From contig DATKBT010000052.1 in NCBI GenBank assembly GCA_035546295.1, positions 36,032 to 100,031 of the forward strand: DNA of 64,000 bases, written 5' to 3'. This stretch comes from Thermoanaerobaculia bacterium. GTDB lineage: Bacteria > Acidobacteriota > Thermoanaerobaculia > Multivoradales > Multivoraceae. Below, one piece after another: positions 1-9,694 of the stretch (the stretch's first letter is position 1; each line of letters starts with the position of its first letter). The notes beneath the pieces were generated by a model. It saw nothing but the letters and a program-made list of their open reading frames with translations. It did not search any database and was not told where the DNA came from. The position numbers and the translations under genes are program-made.

Positions 1-1004
1 CGACCGAGCACCACGCCCAGCTCGACGTCACTCGCATGAACGTGCTCCAGACGGCGCGGGCCGGGCTGACCTCGATGCAGCACTGGTACGGGCTGCCCGA
101 GGCGATGTTCGAGGACAAGGTGATCCAGGACTATCCCGTCGCCTACAACTACCAGAACGAGGCCCACCGGTTCGGCGAGGCGGGCCGCCTGTGGAAGCAG
201 GCGGCGCCGCCGCACTCGGAGAAGTGGAACGCGGTGATGAACGAGCTGCTTGAGCTCGACTTCACCATCGTGCCGACCTTCGTCGCCTACCTCGCCAGCC
301 GCGACCTGATGCGCCAGTCCCGCAACGAGTGGCACGCGGTCTATACCCTGCCCTCGCTCTGGGACTTCTACCGCCCGTCGCGCGACGCCCACGGCTCGTA
401 CTGGTTCTACTGGACGCCTCAGGACGAGATCGCGTGGAAGGAGAACTACCGGCTCTGGATGGAGTTCGTCGACGAGTACAAGAACCGGGGCGGCAGAGTC
501 GGCCTGGGCAGCGACTCCGGCTACATCTACAACCTCTACGGCTTCGGCTACATCCAGGAGATGGAGCTGTTCCTCGAGGCCGGCTTCCACCCGCTCGAGG
601 TCTTCCGCTCGGCGACCTTGATGGGGGCCGAGGCGCTCGGTCAGGAGGAGAGCCTCGGCTCGATCCAGGTAGGCAAGCTCGCCGATCTCGTGGTCGTCCC
701 CGAGAACCCGCTCGAGAACCTCAAGGTGCTCTACGGCACCGGCGCGATCAAGCTCGACTTCGAGACCGACGAGGTGGAGCGCGTCGGCGGGATCCTCTAC
801 ACGATCAAGGACGGCATCGTGTACGACGCGCGCGAGCTGCTCGCCGACGTGCGCGAGATGGTCGACGAGGCGAAGCGGAAGGCCGGGCTCCCGCCGTCGC
901 CGATGCCGATGTTCATCGACACCGACTATCGGGAGGGGCTGGAGCGGCGCCGGGAGGAGACCGCCGCCGGTGCGGCGGTGACGCTCCAACAGGAGGACCG
1001 CTGA
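1..1004 (+). CDS. Amidohydrolase-family metal-dependent hydrolase, C-terminal ~330 aa; 5-prime end lies upstream of the window
   Basis: Frame is open back to nt 1. C-terminal motifs typical of amidohydrolases (GSDSGY, GKLADLVVV) in ORF 36..1004. Confidence 0.55.
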   Translation, partial: TEHHAQLDVTRMNVLQTARAGLTSMQHWYGLPEAMFEDKVIQDYPVAYNYQNEAHRFGEAGRLWKQAAPPHSEKWNAVMNELLELDFTIVPTFVAYLASRDLMRQSRNEWHAVYTLPSLWDFYRPSRDAHGSYWFYWTPQDEIAWKENYRLWMEFVDEYKNRGGRVGLGSDSGYIYNLYGFGYIQEMELFLEAGFHPLEVFRSATLMGAEALGQEESLGSIQVGKLADLVVVPENPLENLKVLYGTGAIKLDFETDEVERVGGILYTIKDGIVYDARELLADVREMVDEAKRKAGLPPSPMPMFIDTDYREGLERRREETAAGAAVTLQQEDR

Positions 1005-1381
1005 TGTTCCGGAAGGTGGCGTTCACCATGTACCCGGTCCGGGACGTCGCCCGGGCACGCCGCTTCTACGAGGAGACGCTCGGTCTCCAGGCGGGGATGG
1101 CGGGTGGCCAGGACGGCATGCACTGGATCGAGTACGACCTGCCCGAAGGCGGTTGTCTGGCGCTGACCAACACCACGGGCGACACCCCGAGCGCCGCGGC
1201 GGGCGGCACCGTGGCGCTCGAGGTGGCGGACCTCGATCGGCTGATCGCGGAGCTCGAGAGCAAGGGCGTCGAGCTCACCAGCAAGGTGATCCGCGGTCCG
1301 CGTTGCAGGATGGCGGTCTGTCTCGACCCGGAGGGCAACTCGATCCTCCTGCATCAGCTCGACCCGCGCGACGAGGCGTGA
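1004..1381 (+). CDS. VOC family (glyoxalase/bleomycin-resistance fold) protein, 125 aa
   Basis: ATG overlaps the upstream stop (TGATG). The MFRKVAFTMYPVRDVARARRFYEETLGL start matches the VOC N-terminal beta-alpha-beta module. Sequence is the 3-prime part of ORF 329..1381. Confidence 0.7.
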   Translation: MFRKVAFTMYPVRDVARARRFYEETLGLQAGMAGGQDGMHWIEYDLPEGGCLALTNTTGDTPSAAAGGTVALEVADLDRLIAELESKGVELTSKVIRGPRCRMAVCLDPEGNSILLHQLDPRDEA

Positions 1382-1397
1382 GCAGGCGTCGGGGTTC

Positions 1398-1994
1398 GTG
1401 CCGCGGGTCGGGGCTGCCGATCGGGGACCGGCGCCGAGCGGCGAAGGCGGTTTCGTGAAGCGACAGGTCGCGTTGATCCGGGGCATCAACGTCGGTCGCG
1501 CCAAGCGGGTGCCGATGGCCGAGCTGCGCGAGGCGCTCACAGAGCGGGGATTCGAGAACGTGCGCACCCTGCTCAACAGCGGCAACGTGGTCTTCGACGC
1601 CGATGGCAGCGCGCGGAGCAACGCCAGCACGGTCCAGGAGGTGATCGAGGAGCGCTTCGGTGTCACGGCCCGGGTGCTCGGACTCGCCACCTCCGAGCTC
1701 GCGACGGTGGTGGACGAGAACCCCCTCGCCGGGATCGCCGACGATCCTTCGCGCCTGATGGTCGTCGTGGCCTTCGACCCGGACCGGCTCTCCGCGCTCG
1801 AGCCCCTGGCCGAGCGGGAGTGGGGATCGGAGCAGCTCGCCGTCGGCTCGCGCGCCGCCTACCTCTGGTGTCCGGCCGGAATCCTCGCCAGCGAGGCGAA
1901 CGAGGCGGTGGGGAGGGCGCTGGGCGACGGAGCGACGACCCGCAACTGGCGCACGACGCTCAAGCTGCAGGCGCTGGCGGAACGGGAACCCTGA
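1398..1994 (+). CDS. DUF1697 family protein; true start possibly GTG near 1455
   Basis: VALIRGINVGRAKRVPMAELREAL motif characteristic of DUF1697 in ORF 1398..1994. Confidence 0.55.
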   Translation: MPRVGAADRGPAPSGEGGFVKRQVALIRGINVGRAKRVPMAELREALTERGFENVRTLLNSGNVVFDADGSARSNASTVQEVIEERFGVTARVLGLATSELATVVDENPLAGIADDPSRLMVVVAFDPDRLSALEPLAEREWGSEQLAVGSRAAYLWCPAGILASEANEAVGRALGDGATTRNWRTTLKLQALAEREP

Positions 1995-2101
1995 CCCGGA
2001 GCGGTCCACGTCGCCACGGATGTCGCGGGCGCGCGCTGGTCGAGAGGGACCGGACCTCAACATCCCTCCTCTGGGCCGGCGGTGTTCGAACGGCTCCCCT
2101 G

Positions 2102-2136
2102 TTGACATCCGACAGGAGTGAGTCGATACTCCTGTC
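2102..2136 (+). promoter_or_regulatory. Sigma70-like promoter TTGACA-17nt-GATACT overlapping a perfect inverted repeat GACAGGAGT-N8-ACTCCTGTC; likely PadR autoregulatory operator
   Basis: Read directly ~30-60 nt upstream of the PadR start at 2167. Confidence 0.35.
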
Positions 2137-2166
2137 GACGATCGACAAGTCGAGCGGGCGAACCGA

Positions 2167-2577
2167 ATGACGCAGAATCGAATGTCGAAGAGCAGAGAGA
2201 CTCCACAGGTTCGCTCCGACGTGCTGCAGGGGACGCTCGACCTGCTGATCCTCAAGACCCTGTCGCTCGGTCCGCAGCATGGCTGGGGGATCAGCCAGCG
2301 GCTCCAGCAGGTCTCAGAGGATGCGCTCGCGGTCGGCCAGGGATCGCTCTACCCAGCGCTGCACCGGCTGCAGCGCAAGGGCGCGATCGAGTCGGAGTGG
2401 GGGAGCAGCGAGAACAACCGGCGCGCGCGGTTCTACCGGCTGACGATCGAGGGCGAGCGGCTACTCGGCCGCGAGCTCGAGACCTGGCGCTTCTTCACCG
2501 GCGCGGTCGAGCGGGTCCTCGCGTGCGACGAGCTCGAGGCGCCGCCCGCTCTCGCCGGGCCGGGGAGCGACCGGTGA
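2167..2577 (+). CDS. PadR family transcriptional regulator
   Basis: Winged-helix PadR signature LDLLILKTLSLGPQHGWGISQRL...GSLYPALHRLQRKGAIESEW. Confidence 0.85.
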   Translation: MTQNRMSKSRETPQVRSDVLQGTLDLLILKTLSLGPQHGWGISQRLQQVSEDALAVGQGSLYPALHRLQRKGAIESEWGSSENNRRARFYRLTIEGERLLGRELETWRFFTGAVERVLACDELEAPPALAGPGSDR

Positions 2578-5285
2578 GCCTCGCGCACGAGCTTCGCTCG
2601 CGGCTGCGCGCGCTGCTGCGGTGGCTGGTTCGTCCCGACGAGGACGAGCGCGAGCTGGACGCGGAGCTGCGCTTTCACCTCGAGATGGAGACCGACAAGA
2701 ACCTGGCTTCCGGGATGAGCCCGAAGGAGGCGCGGCGACGGGCGCGCATCGACTTCGGCGGGATCGAGCGAACCCGTGAGGAGTGTCGCGACCAGCGCGG
2801 CGCTCGGGGGGTCGAGGACCTGGCGCGCGATCTGCGACAGGCGCTGCGCCGGCTCCTCCGCGAGCCGGGGTTCTCGCTCCCCGCGGCCGTGACCCTGGCG
2901 CTCGCTTTCGGCGGAGTGCTCTCGATGTTCGGCGTGCTCTCCTCCGTGGTGCTGAGGCCGCTCCCCTATCACGATCCCGGGCGCCTCCTGCGGCTGTGGA
3001 GCGCGGTTCCCGGAGTCGGCGCCGACGAAGTGTGGGGCGTCGCTAAGGCCGAGCTCCTGCACTTCGAGCGCGAGGCCTCGTCGTTCGAGGCGCTCGGTCT
3101 GTACCGCTTCGGCGCCTCGACGCTCGGCGACGCCGAGAGTGGGCGCCCGGACGAGCGGGTCACCAGCGTCCGCTTCTCGCTCGGCCTGCTGCGCGCGCTG
3201 CGCATCGAGCCGGCTCGCGGCAGGCGTCCGGGAGAGGCCGACACGCGGCCAGGAGCCGAGCCCTCGGTGTGGCTCGCCGATTGGTTGTGGCGCGATCGCT
3301 TCGGCGCCGATCGGGGGATCATCGGCGCCCGGATCGAGATCGACGGGCGGAGCGCCGAGGTGGCCGGCATCCTGCCCCCTTCTGCGCGCCTTCCGGAGGA
3401 GCTCGAAGGGCGCGGGCTCGGATCGGTCGGAGTGTGGTCGGCGCTCGAGATCGATCCCACCGAGCGCCCGCAGTCGAGCCACGTCTACCGCGCGATCGGC
3501 AGGCTGGCGCCGGGAGCGACCGTGGAGCTCGCGGCGTCCGAGCTCACGCGCCTCACCGCCGGGCTTCCCGAGGCGCTGCCGACGGCCTACACCGAGCGCT
3601 TTCTCGAATCGACGGGGTTCCGCACCGAGATCGTGCCGCTGCACGAAGACGTGCTCGGCGGGATCGGTCCGATCCTCTGGACGCTGCTCGTCGCGCTGGT
3701 CTTCCTCCTGCTGATCGCCTGCGCGAACGTCGCGGGCCTGCTCGTCGCGCGCACGGAGGCGCGGCGGCACGACGGCGCCGTGCGACTCGCGCTCGGCGCC
3801 TCGCGCCTGCGTCTGCTCCAGGAGGCCATCGGCGAGATGCTGCTGCTGTGCTTCGCTGCGGCGGGCGCCGGGCTCGGCCTGGCGACCGCCGGCCTGCGAG
3901 CGCTCCGGGTGATCGAGCTGGCCGACCTGCCACGCGTGGACGAGGTCGGCCTCGGATGGGAGACCTGGATGCTGTCGCTGGCCCTGGCGTTCGCCGTCGC
4001 CGTCGCGCTTGGCGTGCTCCAGGCGCGCCGCTCCGGCACCGGGAGGCTTCCCGACCTCGGCGGCTCGCGCGGTGCCCTCGGCCGGGCGGCGGCGGGCAGG
4101 TTCCGGCGCGTGCTGGTCGTGGGACAGGTCGCGCTCTCCACCGTGCTGCTGGCGGGAGCGGCGCTCCTGGCACAGAGCTACCTCCGCCTCCATCGCGTGG
4201 GGCCGGGCTTCGACCCGCGCGGCGTGCTGGTCTTCTCGGTGCTGCTGCCGGAGGCCTCCTACGGCTCGCTCGAGCGCGTCACCTCGTTCTACCGGGCGGC
4301 GTCGGAGCGCCTCGCCGAGCTGCCGGGAGTCGAGGCGGTCGGCCTGGGCTCCGGCCTGCCGCTCGAGGGGCAGGGCTGCTCCGTGGTCGAGGCCCAGGAC
4401 GCTCCCGTGGTGACCGAGGCCGAGATGGCCTGCGTCCCCGTCCACCTGGTCACTCCAGGGCACCTCGCCGCGCTGGGAGTCGCGGTCCAGGGGCGCGAGA
4501 CGTCGTGGGAGGATCTCGCGAGCGCGGCCGCGGGGGCGGTGGTCAGCGAAGCGTTCGCGCGCCGCCAGTGGCCGGGAGGCGACGCGATCGGCAACCGGGT
4601 GAGGATCGGCTCTCAGGCTCCGTTCGTCGAGGTCGTGGGGGTCGCCGAGGACGTGCGCGGCGAGGGACTCGACCGCCCGCCGACCGAGGACGTCTACCTC
4701 CCCCTGTTCGAAGGCGCGACGACCCCGCTGGGAGGGCCTCCCCACCGCCTGTCGGTGGTCGTTCGCACCACGCTCGAGAGTCCGGGCTCGATCGAGGGCT
4801 CGGTGCGCGCGACGCTCGCCGAGCTCGAGCCGAGGGCGCCGCTGATCGGCTTTCAGACGATGGAGTCGCTGGTGCGCGGCTCGCTGGCGCGGCGCGAGAT
4901 CGCCACGCGCCTGCTCGCGACGGCGGCCGGGCTGGCGCTGATCCTGGGCGCGGTCGGGATCTTCGGCGTGCTCTCCTACGTGGTGTCGCGGCGTCGCGCC
5001 GAGCTGGGACTGCGCCTCGCGCTCGGCGCCAGGGGCTCGGAGCTGGCTCGCTCCGCCCTCTCGGAGGCGCTCGGGCTCGCGGCGCTCGGGGTCCTCGTCG
5101 GCACCGGGCTCGCGCTGTGGGCGACGCGATCGCTGCGGGGGCTGCTCTACGGCGTCGCACCCGGCGATCCGGGCACTCTCGCAGCGGTCGGCGCCGGGTT
5201 GCTCGTGGTGGCGATGGTGGCTGCGGTCGGGCCGGCGCGGCGGGCGGCTCGGGTCGATCCGGTCGAGGCGTTGCGCGAGGGGTGA
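2574..5285 (+). CDS. ADOP-family (MacB/FtsX-like, duplicated permease domain) ABC transporter permease, ~903 aa, GTG start overlapping PadR stop
   Basis: In-frame GTG at 2574 inside ORF 2118..5285. N-terminal RFHLEMETDKNLASGMSPKEARRRA region typical of the PadR-associated permease family. Two blocks of transmembrane helices. Confidence 0.8.
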   Translation: MSLAHELRSRLRALLRWLVRPDEDERELDAELRFHLEMETDKNLASGMSPKEARRRARIDFGGIERTREECRDQRGARGVEDLARDLRQALRRLLREPGFSLPAAVTLALAFGGVLSMFGVLSSVVLRPLPYHDPGRLLRLWSAVPGVGADEVWGVAKAELLHFEREASSFEALGLYRFGASTLGDAESGRPDERVTSVRFSLGLLRALRIEPARGRRPGEADTRPGAEPSVWLADWLWRDRFGADRGIIGARIEIDGRSAEVAGILPPSARLPEELEGRGLGSVGVWSALEIDPTERPQSSHVYRAIGRLAPGATVELAASELTRLTAGLPEALPTAYTERFLESTGFRTEIVPLHEDVLGGIGPILWTLLVALVFLLLIACANVAGLLVARTEARRHDGAVRLALGASRLRLLQEAIGEMLLLCFAAAGAGLGLATAGLRALRVIELADLPRVDEVGLGWETWMLSLALAFAVAVALGVLQARRSGTGRLPDLGGSRGALGRAAAGRFRRVLVVGQVALSTVLLAGAALLAQSYLRLHRVGPGFDPRGVLVFSVLLPEASYGSLERVTSFYRAASERLAELPGVEAVGLGSGLPLEGQGCSVVEAQDAPVVTEAEMACVPVHLVTPGHLAALGVAVQGRETSWEDLASAAAGAVVSEAFARRQWPGGDAIGNRVRIGSQAPFVEVVGVAEDVRGEGLDRPPTEDVYLPLFEGATTPLGGPPHRLSVVVRTTLESPGSIEGSVRATLAELEPRAPLIGFQTMESLVRGSLARREIATRLLATAAGLALILGAVGIFGVLSYVVSRRRAELGLRLALGARGSELARSALSEALGLAALGVLVGTGLALWATRSLRGLLYGVAPGDPGTLAAVGAGLLVVAMVAAVGPARRAARVDPVEALREG

Positions 5286-5334
5286 GGAACGAGAGCAGAC
5301 CTCCTCGAGCTCCGGCCCCGAAGGAGGCGACTGC

Positions 5335-5961
5335 TCACCCCAGCGGAGGCGTTCCGTTCCCGCTCCACTGCTCGAGGCCCTGCAGGATCATCTCGATCGA
5401 GTAGGTCCCGATCACCAGGGACATGACCCGACCCACGATGTCGACGTAGCGCTCGACCAGCTCCTCGTTGCGCTCCTTGACCACGTCGTGAAGACGCTTG
5501 AGGAGCATCAGGGCGATCGCCGCGAGGACGGTCGCCGACGCGATCGCCCCGGCGCCGCCGAGCGGCCCCAGCCGGGCGCCCGCCAGCACCGAGGCGGAGA
5601 CCGTGCCCGGCCCGATCATGAACGGCAGGGCGATCGAGCCCTCGAGGTGTTTGGGGTCTCCGCGCAGGCCGGTGAGCGCCGCCGGGCCCTCGAGCACGAA
5701 GCGGATGCCGACCAGCGGGAAGATGACCCCGCCGAACAGCAGGAACGACGCGAACCGGACCTGCAGGATCTGCGTGAACAGACGCTCGCCGAGCCAGGAC
5801 ACGACGATGAAGACCACCGTCGCGATGACGGTGGCCCGCGTGAGCACCCGCGCAAAGCTCGCCGAGTCGAGAGTGCGGACCAGGTCGAGCAGGTATACGC
5901 TGAGCAGGAAGGGATTGAGCAGGACCAGGAGCAGGCTGGCGGAGCGGACGAATTCGGACAT
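5335..5961 (-). CDS. MarC family (UPF0056) integral membrane protein
   Basis: 208-aa hydrophobic ORF with the MarC-like helix pattern. Its start overlaps the divergent MarR start (CATG). Confidence 0.75.
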   Translation of the reverse strand: MSEFVRSASLLLVLLNPFLLSVYLLDLVRTLDSASFARVLTRATVIATVVFIVVSWLGERLFTQILQVRFASFLLFGGVIFPLVGIRFVLEGPAALTGLRGDPKHLEGSIALPFMIGPGTVSASVLAGARLGPLGGAGAIASATVLAAIALMLLKRLHDVVKERNEELVERYVDIVGRVMSLVIGTYSIEMILQGLEQWSGNGTPPLG

Positions 5962-6505
5962 GGGCGATCAACTCGAGAAGCGGCGGAGTGAGGGGGGCGG
6001 CGAGCCGTCGGCCCCTGCGAGCGAGCCCGCCCTGCGGATCCTCCAGGCGATCCGCCGGATGATGCGAGGCATCTCGACGCACTCGAAGCGCCTCGCGAAC
6101 GAGACCGGCCTGACGGTACCGCAGGTCGTGTGCCTGCAGGCGATCGCGGAGGGGCCGAAGGACGGCTCGAGCATCAGCGACCTGGCCAAGCGGGTCTCGC
6201 TCTCCCCCGGCACCACCTCGCGAGTCATCGAGCGGCTGGTGCGTGCGGGTCTGGTCGAGCGCCGCCGGCGCGTGCGTGATCGTCGGCTGGTGGCGGTGTC
6301 GCTGACGGCGCAGGGCCGGGAGAGGATGGAGGCGATGCCGCCCCTGTTCCACGATGGCTTCCTCAAGCGCCTGCAGTCGCTGAGCGTGGAGGAGCGGCGG
6401 CAGATCCAGTCGACCCTCGACCGCGTCGTCGAACTGATGCAGGTCGCCGACGTCGACGCGTCGCCGATCCTGTCCACCGAGGTCGATCTCGGCGAGGAGG
6501 CCTGA
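5960..6505 (+). CDS. MarR family transcriptional regulator
   Basis: MarR wHTH region LTVPQVVCLQAIAEGPKDGSSISDLAKRVSLSPGTTSRVIERLVRAGLVERRR at aa 155 onward of ORF 5498..6505. Confidence 0.8.
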   Translation: MGDQLEKRRSEGGGEPSAPASEPALRILQAIRRMMRGISTHSKRLANETGLTVPQVVCLQAIAEGPKDGSSISDLAKRVSLSPGTTSRVIERLVRAGLVERRRRVRDRRLVAVSLTAQGRERMEAMPPLFHDGFLKRLQSLSVEERRQIQSTLDRVVELMQVADVDASPILSTEVDLGEEA

Positions 6506-6524
6506 GGGCGGGCGATCGGTTCGC

Positions 6525-7322
6525 TCATCGGGCCTCCAGGACGCGGCGCAGGAAGGTCCGGGTCCTGGCCTCTCGTGGCTCGTGGAAGAGCTGTCGCGGC
6601 GGGCCCTGCTCCAGGATCCGGCCCTCGTCGAGGAAGGCGACGCGGTCGGCGACCTCTTCGGCGAAGCCCATCTGGTGGGTGACCAGGATCATCGTCGAAC
6701 GCTGGTCGGCCGCGAGCTGGCGGAGCACGGCCAGCACGTCACCGACGACCTCGGGGTCGAGCGCCGACGTCACTTCGTCGAACAGCAGGATCGAAGGGCG
6801 CAGCGCGAGCGCCCGAGCGATGGCGACGCGTTGCTTCTGTCCTCCGGAGAGCTCGGCCGGGTAGGCGTCCTCCTTGTCGGCGAGGCCGACGAGCTCGAGC
6901 AGCTCGCGGGCGCGAGCCGCCGCCTCGTCACGCGCGAGGCCGAGGACCAGCACCGGCGCCTCGGTCAGGTTGCGCAGGACCGTCATGTGGGGGAACAGGT
7001 GAAAGTGCTGGAAGACCATGCCGAGCCGGCGGCGCAGACGCCGCTCGGTCTCGCGCTGCGCGCGCGACAGCCGCCGGCCGGCGAGGGCGCGCGGCACCTC
7101 CTCGCCCTCGATGTGGAGCGTGCCGCGATCCAGGCGCTCGAGCCCCATGATCACCCGCAGCACGGTCGACTTTCCGCTCCCCGAAGGGCCGATCAGGGCC
7201 AGCCGCTGCCCCGCGGGCACCGCGAGGTCGAGCCCGTCGAGCACGACCGCGTCGCCGAACCGCTTGACGGCGTCACGCAGCTCGACCGCCGGCGGCTCCT
7301 GCCCTGACACCGCCTCAGGCAT
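6525..7322 (-). CDS. Polar amino acid ABC transporter ATP-binding protein (EhuA-like)
   Basis: Walker A GPSGSGKST, ABC signature LSGGQKQRVAIARAL, Walker B ILLFDEVTSALD. Confidence 0.85.
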   Translation of the reverse strand: MPEAVSGQEPPAVELRDAVKRFGDAVVLDGLDLAVPAGQRLALIGPSGSGKSTVLRVIMGLERLDRGTLHIEGEEVPRALAGRRLSRAQRETERRLRRRLGMVFQHFHLFPHMTVLRNLTEAPVLVLGLARDEAAARARELLELVGLADKEDAYPAELSGGQKQRVAIARALALRPSILLFDEVTSALDPEVVGDVLAVLRQLAADQRSTMILVTHQMGFAEEVADRVAFLDEGRILEQGPPRQLFHEPREARTRTFLRRVLEAR

Positions 7323-7974
7323 GACGCACCACCAGGCGACGCTCGAGCCGGCGCACGCCGGCCGAAGCCAGCAGGCTGAGCGCCAAGAACAGGAGCCCGA
7401 CCAGGGTCAGCGGCTCGAGGTAGCGGAAGCGCTCGGCGCCGATGATCTTGGCGGTCTGCAGCAGCTCGAGCACGGTGATGGCGGCGAGCAGCGGAGTGTC
7501 CTTGAACATCGCGACCCCGTAGTTGCCGAGCGCCGGGACGATCGGAGGAATCGCCTGCGGCAGGACGACCCGCCGCCAGGTCGCGGGGGTGGAGAAGCCG
7601 AGCGCCCGCGCGGCCTCCCACTGACCCCGAGGCACCGCCTCGATCCCGGCGCGATAGACCTCGGCAGCGTAGCTGCTGTAGTGCAATCCGAGCGCGATGA
7701 CGCCGGTGGCGAGCGGCGACAGCCGGAGGCCCAGCCCCGGCAGTGCGTAGTAGAGGAAGTAGATCTGGATCAGGAGCGGCGTGCTGCGAACCGCTTCGAC
7801 GATCAGCGAGCCCGCCCGCGCCAGCCAGACCAAAGGCGAGCGGCGGACGATCGCCAGCACCAGGCCGAGAACGAGGGCGAGCAGCGAGCCCGCCACGGTG
7901 GCGGCGACCGTGACGCGCAGGGCCGAGAGCAGCGCGGGCAGGATCTCGAGCGCGAAGGAGACGTCGAAGGTCAT
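7315..7974 (-). CDS. Polar amino acid ABC transporter permease (EhuD-like, His/Glu/Gln/Arg/opine family)
   Basis: 219-aa membrane ORF with EAA-loop region AARALGFSTPATWRRVVLPQA. Confidence 0.8.
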   Translation of the reverse strand: MTFDVSFALEILPALLSALRVTVAATVAGSLLALVLGLVLAIVRRSPLVWLARAGSLIVEAVRSTPLLIQIYFLYYALPGLGLRLSPLATGVIALGLHYSSYAAEVYRAGIEAVPRGQWEAARALGFSTPATWRRVVLPQAIPPIVPALGNYGVAMFKDTPLLAAITVLELLQTAKIIGAERFRYLEPLTLVGLLFLALSLLASAGVRRLERRLVVRHA

Positions 7975-8002
7975 GGCGCGGGGCGGGAGAAGGAGTTCGT
8001 GG

Positions 8003-8674
8003 TCAAGGCGCCACCGCCCGCAGCCGGCCGCGCGACAGGGTGCGCTCGAGTGAGCGGACTCCGAGACGGATGAGCTGCGCCAGAACGAAGTAGAGGACCA
8101 GCAGCAGGGTGAAGATCTCGGTGGTCCGCAGCGTCGCCGCCCGCAGCACCTGGCCCTGGAAGGTCAGCTCGGAGAGAGTGATCATCGAGACCAGCGAAGT
8201 GTTCTTGAGCAGCTCGATCGCGAGGTTGCCGGCCGGCGGCAGCATGGCGACGGCGGCCTGGGGGAGCTGGATCCGCCACAGTGTCTCGAATGGCGTGAAT
8301 CCCAGCGCGCGCGCCGCCTCGAGCTGGCCGGCCGGGACCGCGCCGAGGGCGCCGCGCACCACCTCGGCTCCGTACGCGCCGGCGTTGAGCCCCAACACCA
8401 GGACGCCGGCCAGCTCGGCGGAGAGCCGGATCCCGACCGCGGGCAGTGCGAAGTAGAACCAGAAGAGCTGGACCAGGGCGGAGGTGCCGCGGAAGGTCTC
8501 GACGTAGACGCTGGCGAGCGCCCGCACGAGCCGCAAGCTCGAGCGCCGGCCGAGCCCGCCGGCGAGCGCGCACAGCACGCCGATCGCGATGCCGCCCAGA
8601 GTGAGCCGGAGCGTCACCCGCAGGCCCTCGAGGAGCGGCGGCAGCAGGTCGAGCGGAGGAGGCAGGTTCGGCAC
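8003..8674 (-). CDS. Polar amino acid ABC transporter permease (EhuC-like)
   Basis: 223-aa membrane ORF with EAA-loop AARALGFTPFETLWRIQLPQA. Confidence 0.8.
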   Translation of the reverse strand: MPNLPPPLDLLPPLLEGLRVTLRLTLGGIAIGVLCALAGGLGRRSSLRLVRALASVYVETFRGTSALVQLFWFYFALPAVGIRLSAELAGVLVLGLNAGAYGAEVVRGALGAVPAGQLEAARALGFTPFETLWRIQLPQAAVAMLPPAGNLAIELLKNTSLVSMITLSELTFQGQVLRAATLRTTEIFTLLLVLYFVLAQLIRLGVRSLERTLSRGRLRAVAP

Positions 8675-8737
8675 CTCGAGGACCGGTGGCGGAGCGCGGC
8701 GGCTGGAAGGCGCCGAGCCGGGGGAGAGAGCGCTCGG

Positions 8738-9685
8738 TCAGCTCGGGCTGCAGAGCGATTCGGTGGTGACCTCGGAGGGAGGCAGGGAATGCGGTCCGAA
8801 CCCGAAGGGAGCGACCAGCTCGAGGTGACGCTTCGAGCCGGTGAGCTCTTCGAGCTCCTGGTCGAAGGCGTCGGCGAAAGACTGGTCGCTCTTGCGGAAC
8901 CCGAAGGCGCCGTAGCCACGGGTCGGGCTGCCGTCGATCACGGGGTCGACGAAGGGCTCCGCGCGCTCGAGCCCGGAGCCTCGTGACTTGGCGAGCAGGT
9001 CGTCGACGGTGAGGCTGGTTCCGGCGAAGGCGTCGACGCGGCCGGCGGCCACGCCCGAGACCGCGCTCGGGGCGTCGGGGAAGACGACCACCCGCGCGTC
9101 GGGGATTCCCGTGGCGCGAGCGTAGCTGCGCTCGATGGTGCCCGCCACGACCCCCAGCGTCGCGTCCTCGTGCTCGGCGACGTCGGAGTAGCTGTGCAGC
9201 TCCTTGGGATTGCCTTCACGCACCACGAACGCTTCGCCGATTGCGTAGGTCGGCGAGGAGAAGCGGATCTGGCGGCAGCGCTCCGGCGTGATGTACATGC
9301 CCGCCGCGATGAGGTCGAAGCGACCCGCCTGCAGCCCCGGGATCAGCGAGCCGAACTCGGTGAGGACCGGCTCGATCGCGGTCGCCCCCAGCTCGCTCAG
9401 GACCTCCCGCGCGATGACGGGCGCCTCGCCGGTCACCTCGCCGGTCTCCTGGTCGAGGTAGGCGTAGGGCGCCTCATTGGCGTAGCCGATCCGTACGCGG
9501 CCGGTGGCGCGCACCGTCTGCAGCGTGCCGGCGCCGGGGCCCGGCCTGCGCGCTTCACCGAGCGACTCGCGCAGCGCATTCTGGTCGGCGGTCCGATCGG
9601 GTGCCCAGAACAGCAGCCACCAACCCCCGATGACGAGGGCCAGCGCGATCAGGGCGAGCCGTGGCCCGCGGAAGCGATCCGCCAC
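8738..9685 (-). CDS. Periplasmic substrate-binding protein, family 3 (ectoine/hydroxyectoine EhuB-like), N-terminal signal/TM
   Basis: RVRIGYANEAPYAYLDQETGEVTGEAP...FDLIAAGMYITPER pattern of polar-amino-acid SBPs. Starts 9 nt downstream of ectD. Confidence 0.7.
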   Translation of the reverse strand: MADRFRGPRLALIALALVIGGWWLLFWAPDRTADQNALRESLGEARRPGPGAGTLQTVRATGRVRIGYANEAPYAYLDQETGEVTGEAPVIAREVLSELGATAIEPVLTEFGSLIPGLQAGRFDLIAAGMYITPERCRQIRFSSPTYAIGEAFVVREGNPKELHSYSDVAEHEDATLGVVAGTIERSYARATGIPDARVVVFPDAPSAVSGVAAGRVDAFAGTSLTVDDLLAKSRGSGLERAEPFVDPVIDGSPTRGYGAFGFRKSDQSFADAFDQELEELTGSKRHLELVAPFGFGPHSLPPSEVTTESLCSPS

Positions 9686-9694
9686 GACGTCGCC

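Noticed and set aside
2433-4745. 770-aa ORF antisense to the ADOP permease gene (and similar long antisense ORFs at 3269..5404, 5147..6352, 9170..10756, 10366..12591, 13073..14533, 20170..21498, 23621..25519, 37301..38230)
   Set aside because: Arg/Ala/Gly/Pro-rich translations without domain signatures. This is the expected open-frame artefact opposite genuine genes in 70% GC DNA. The sense-strand genes have clear family motifs.
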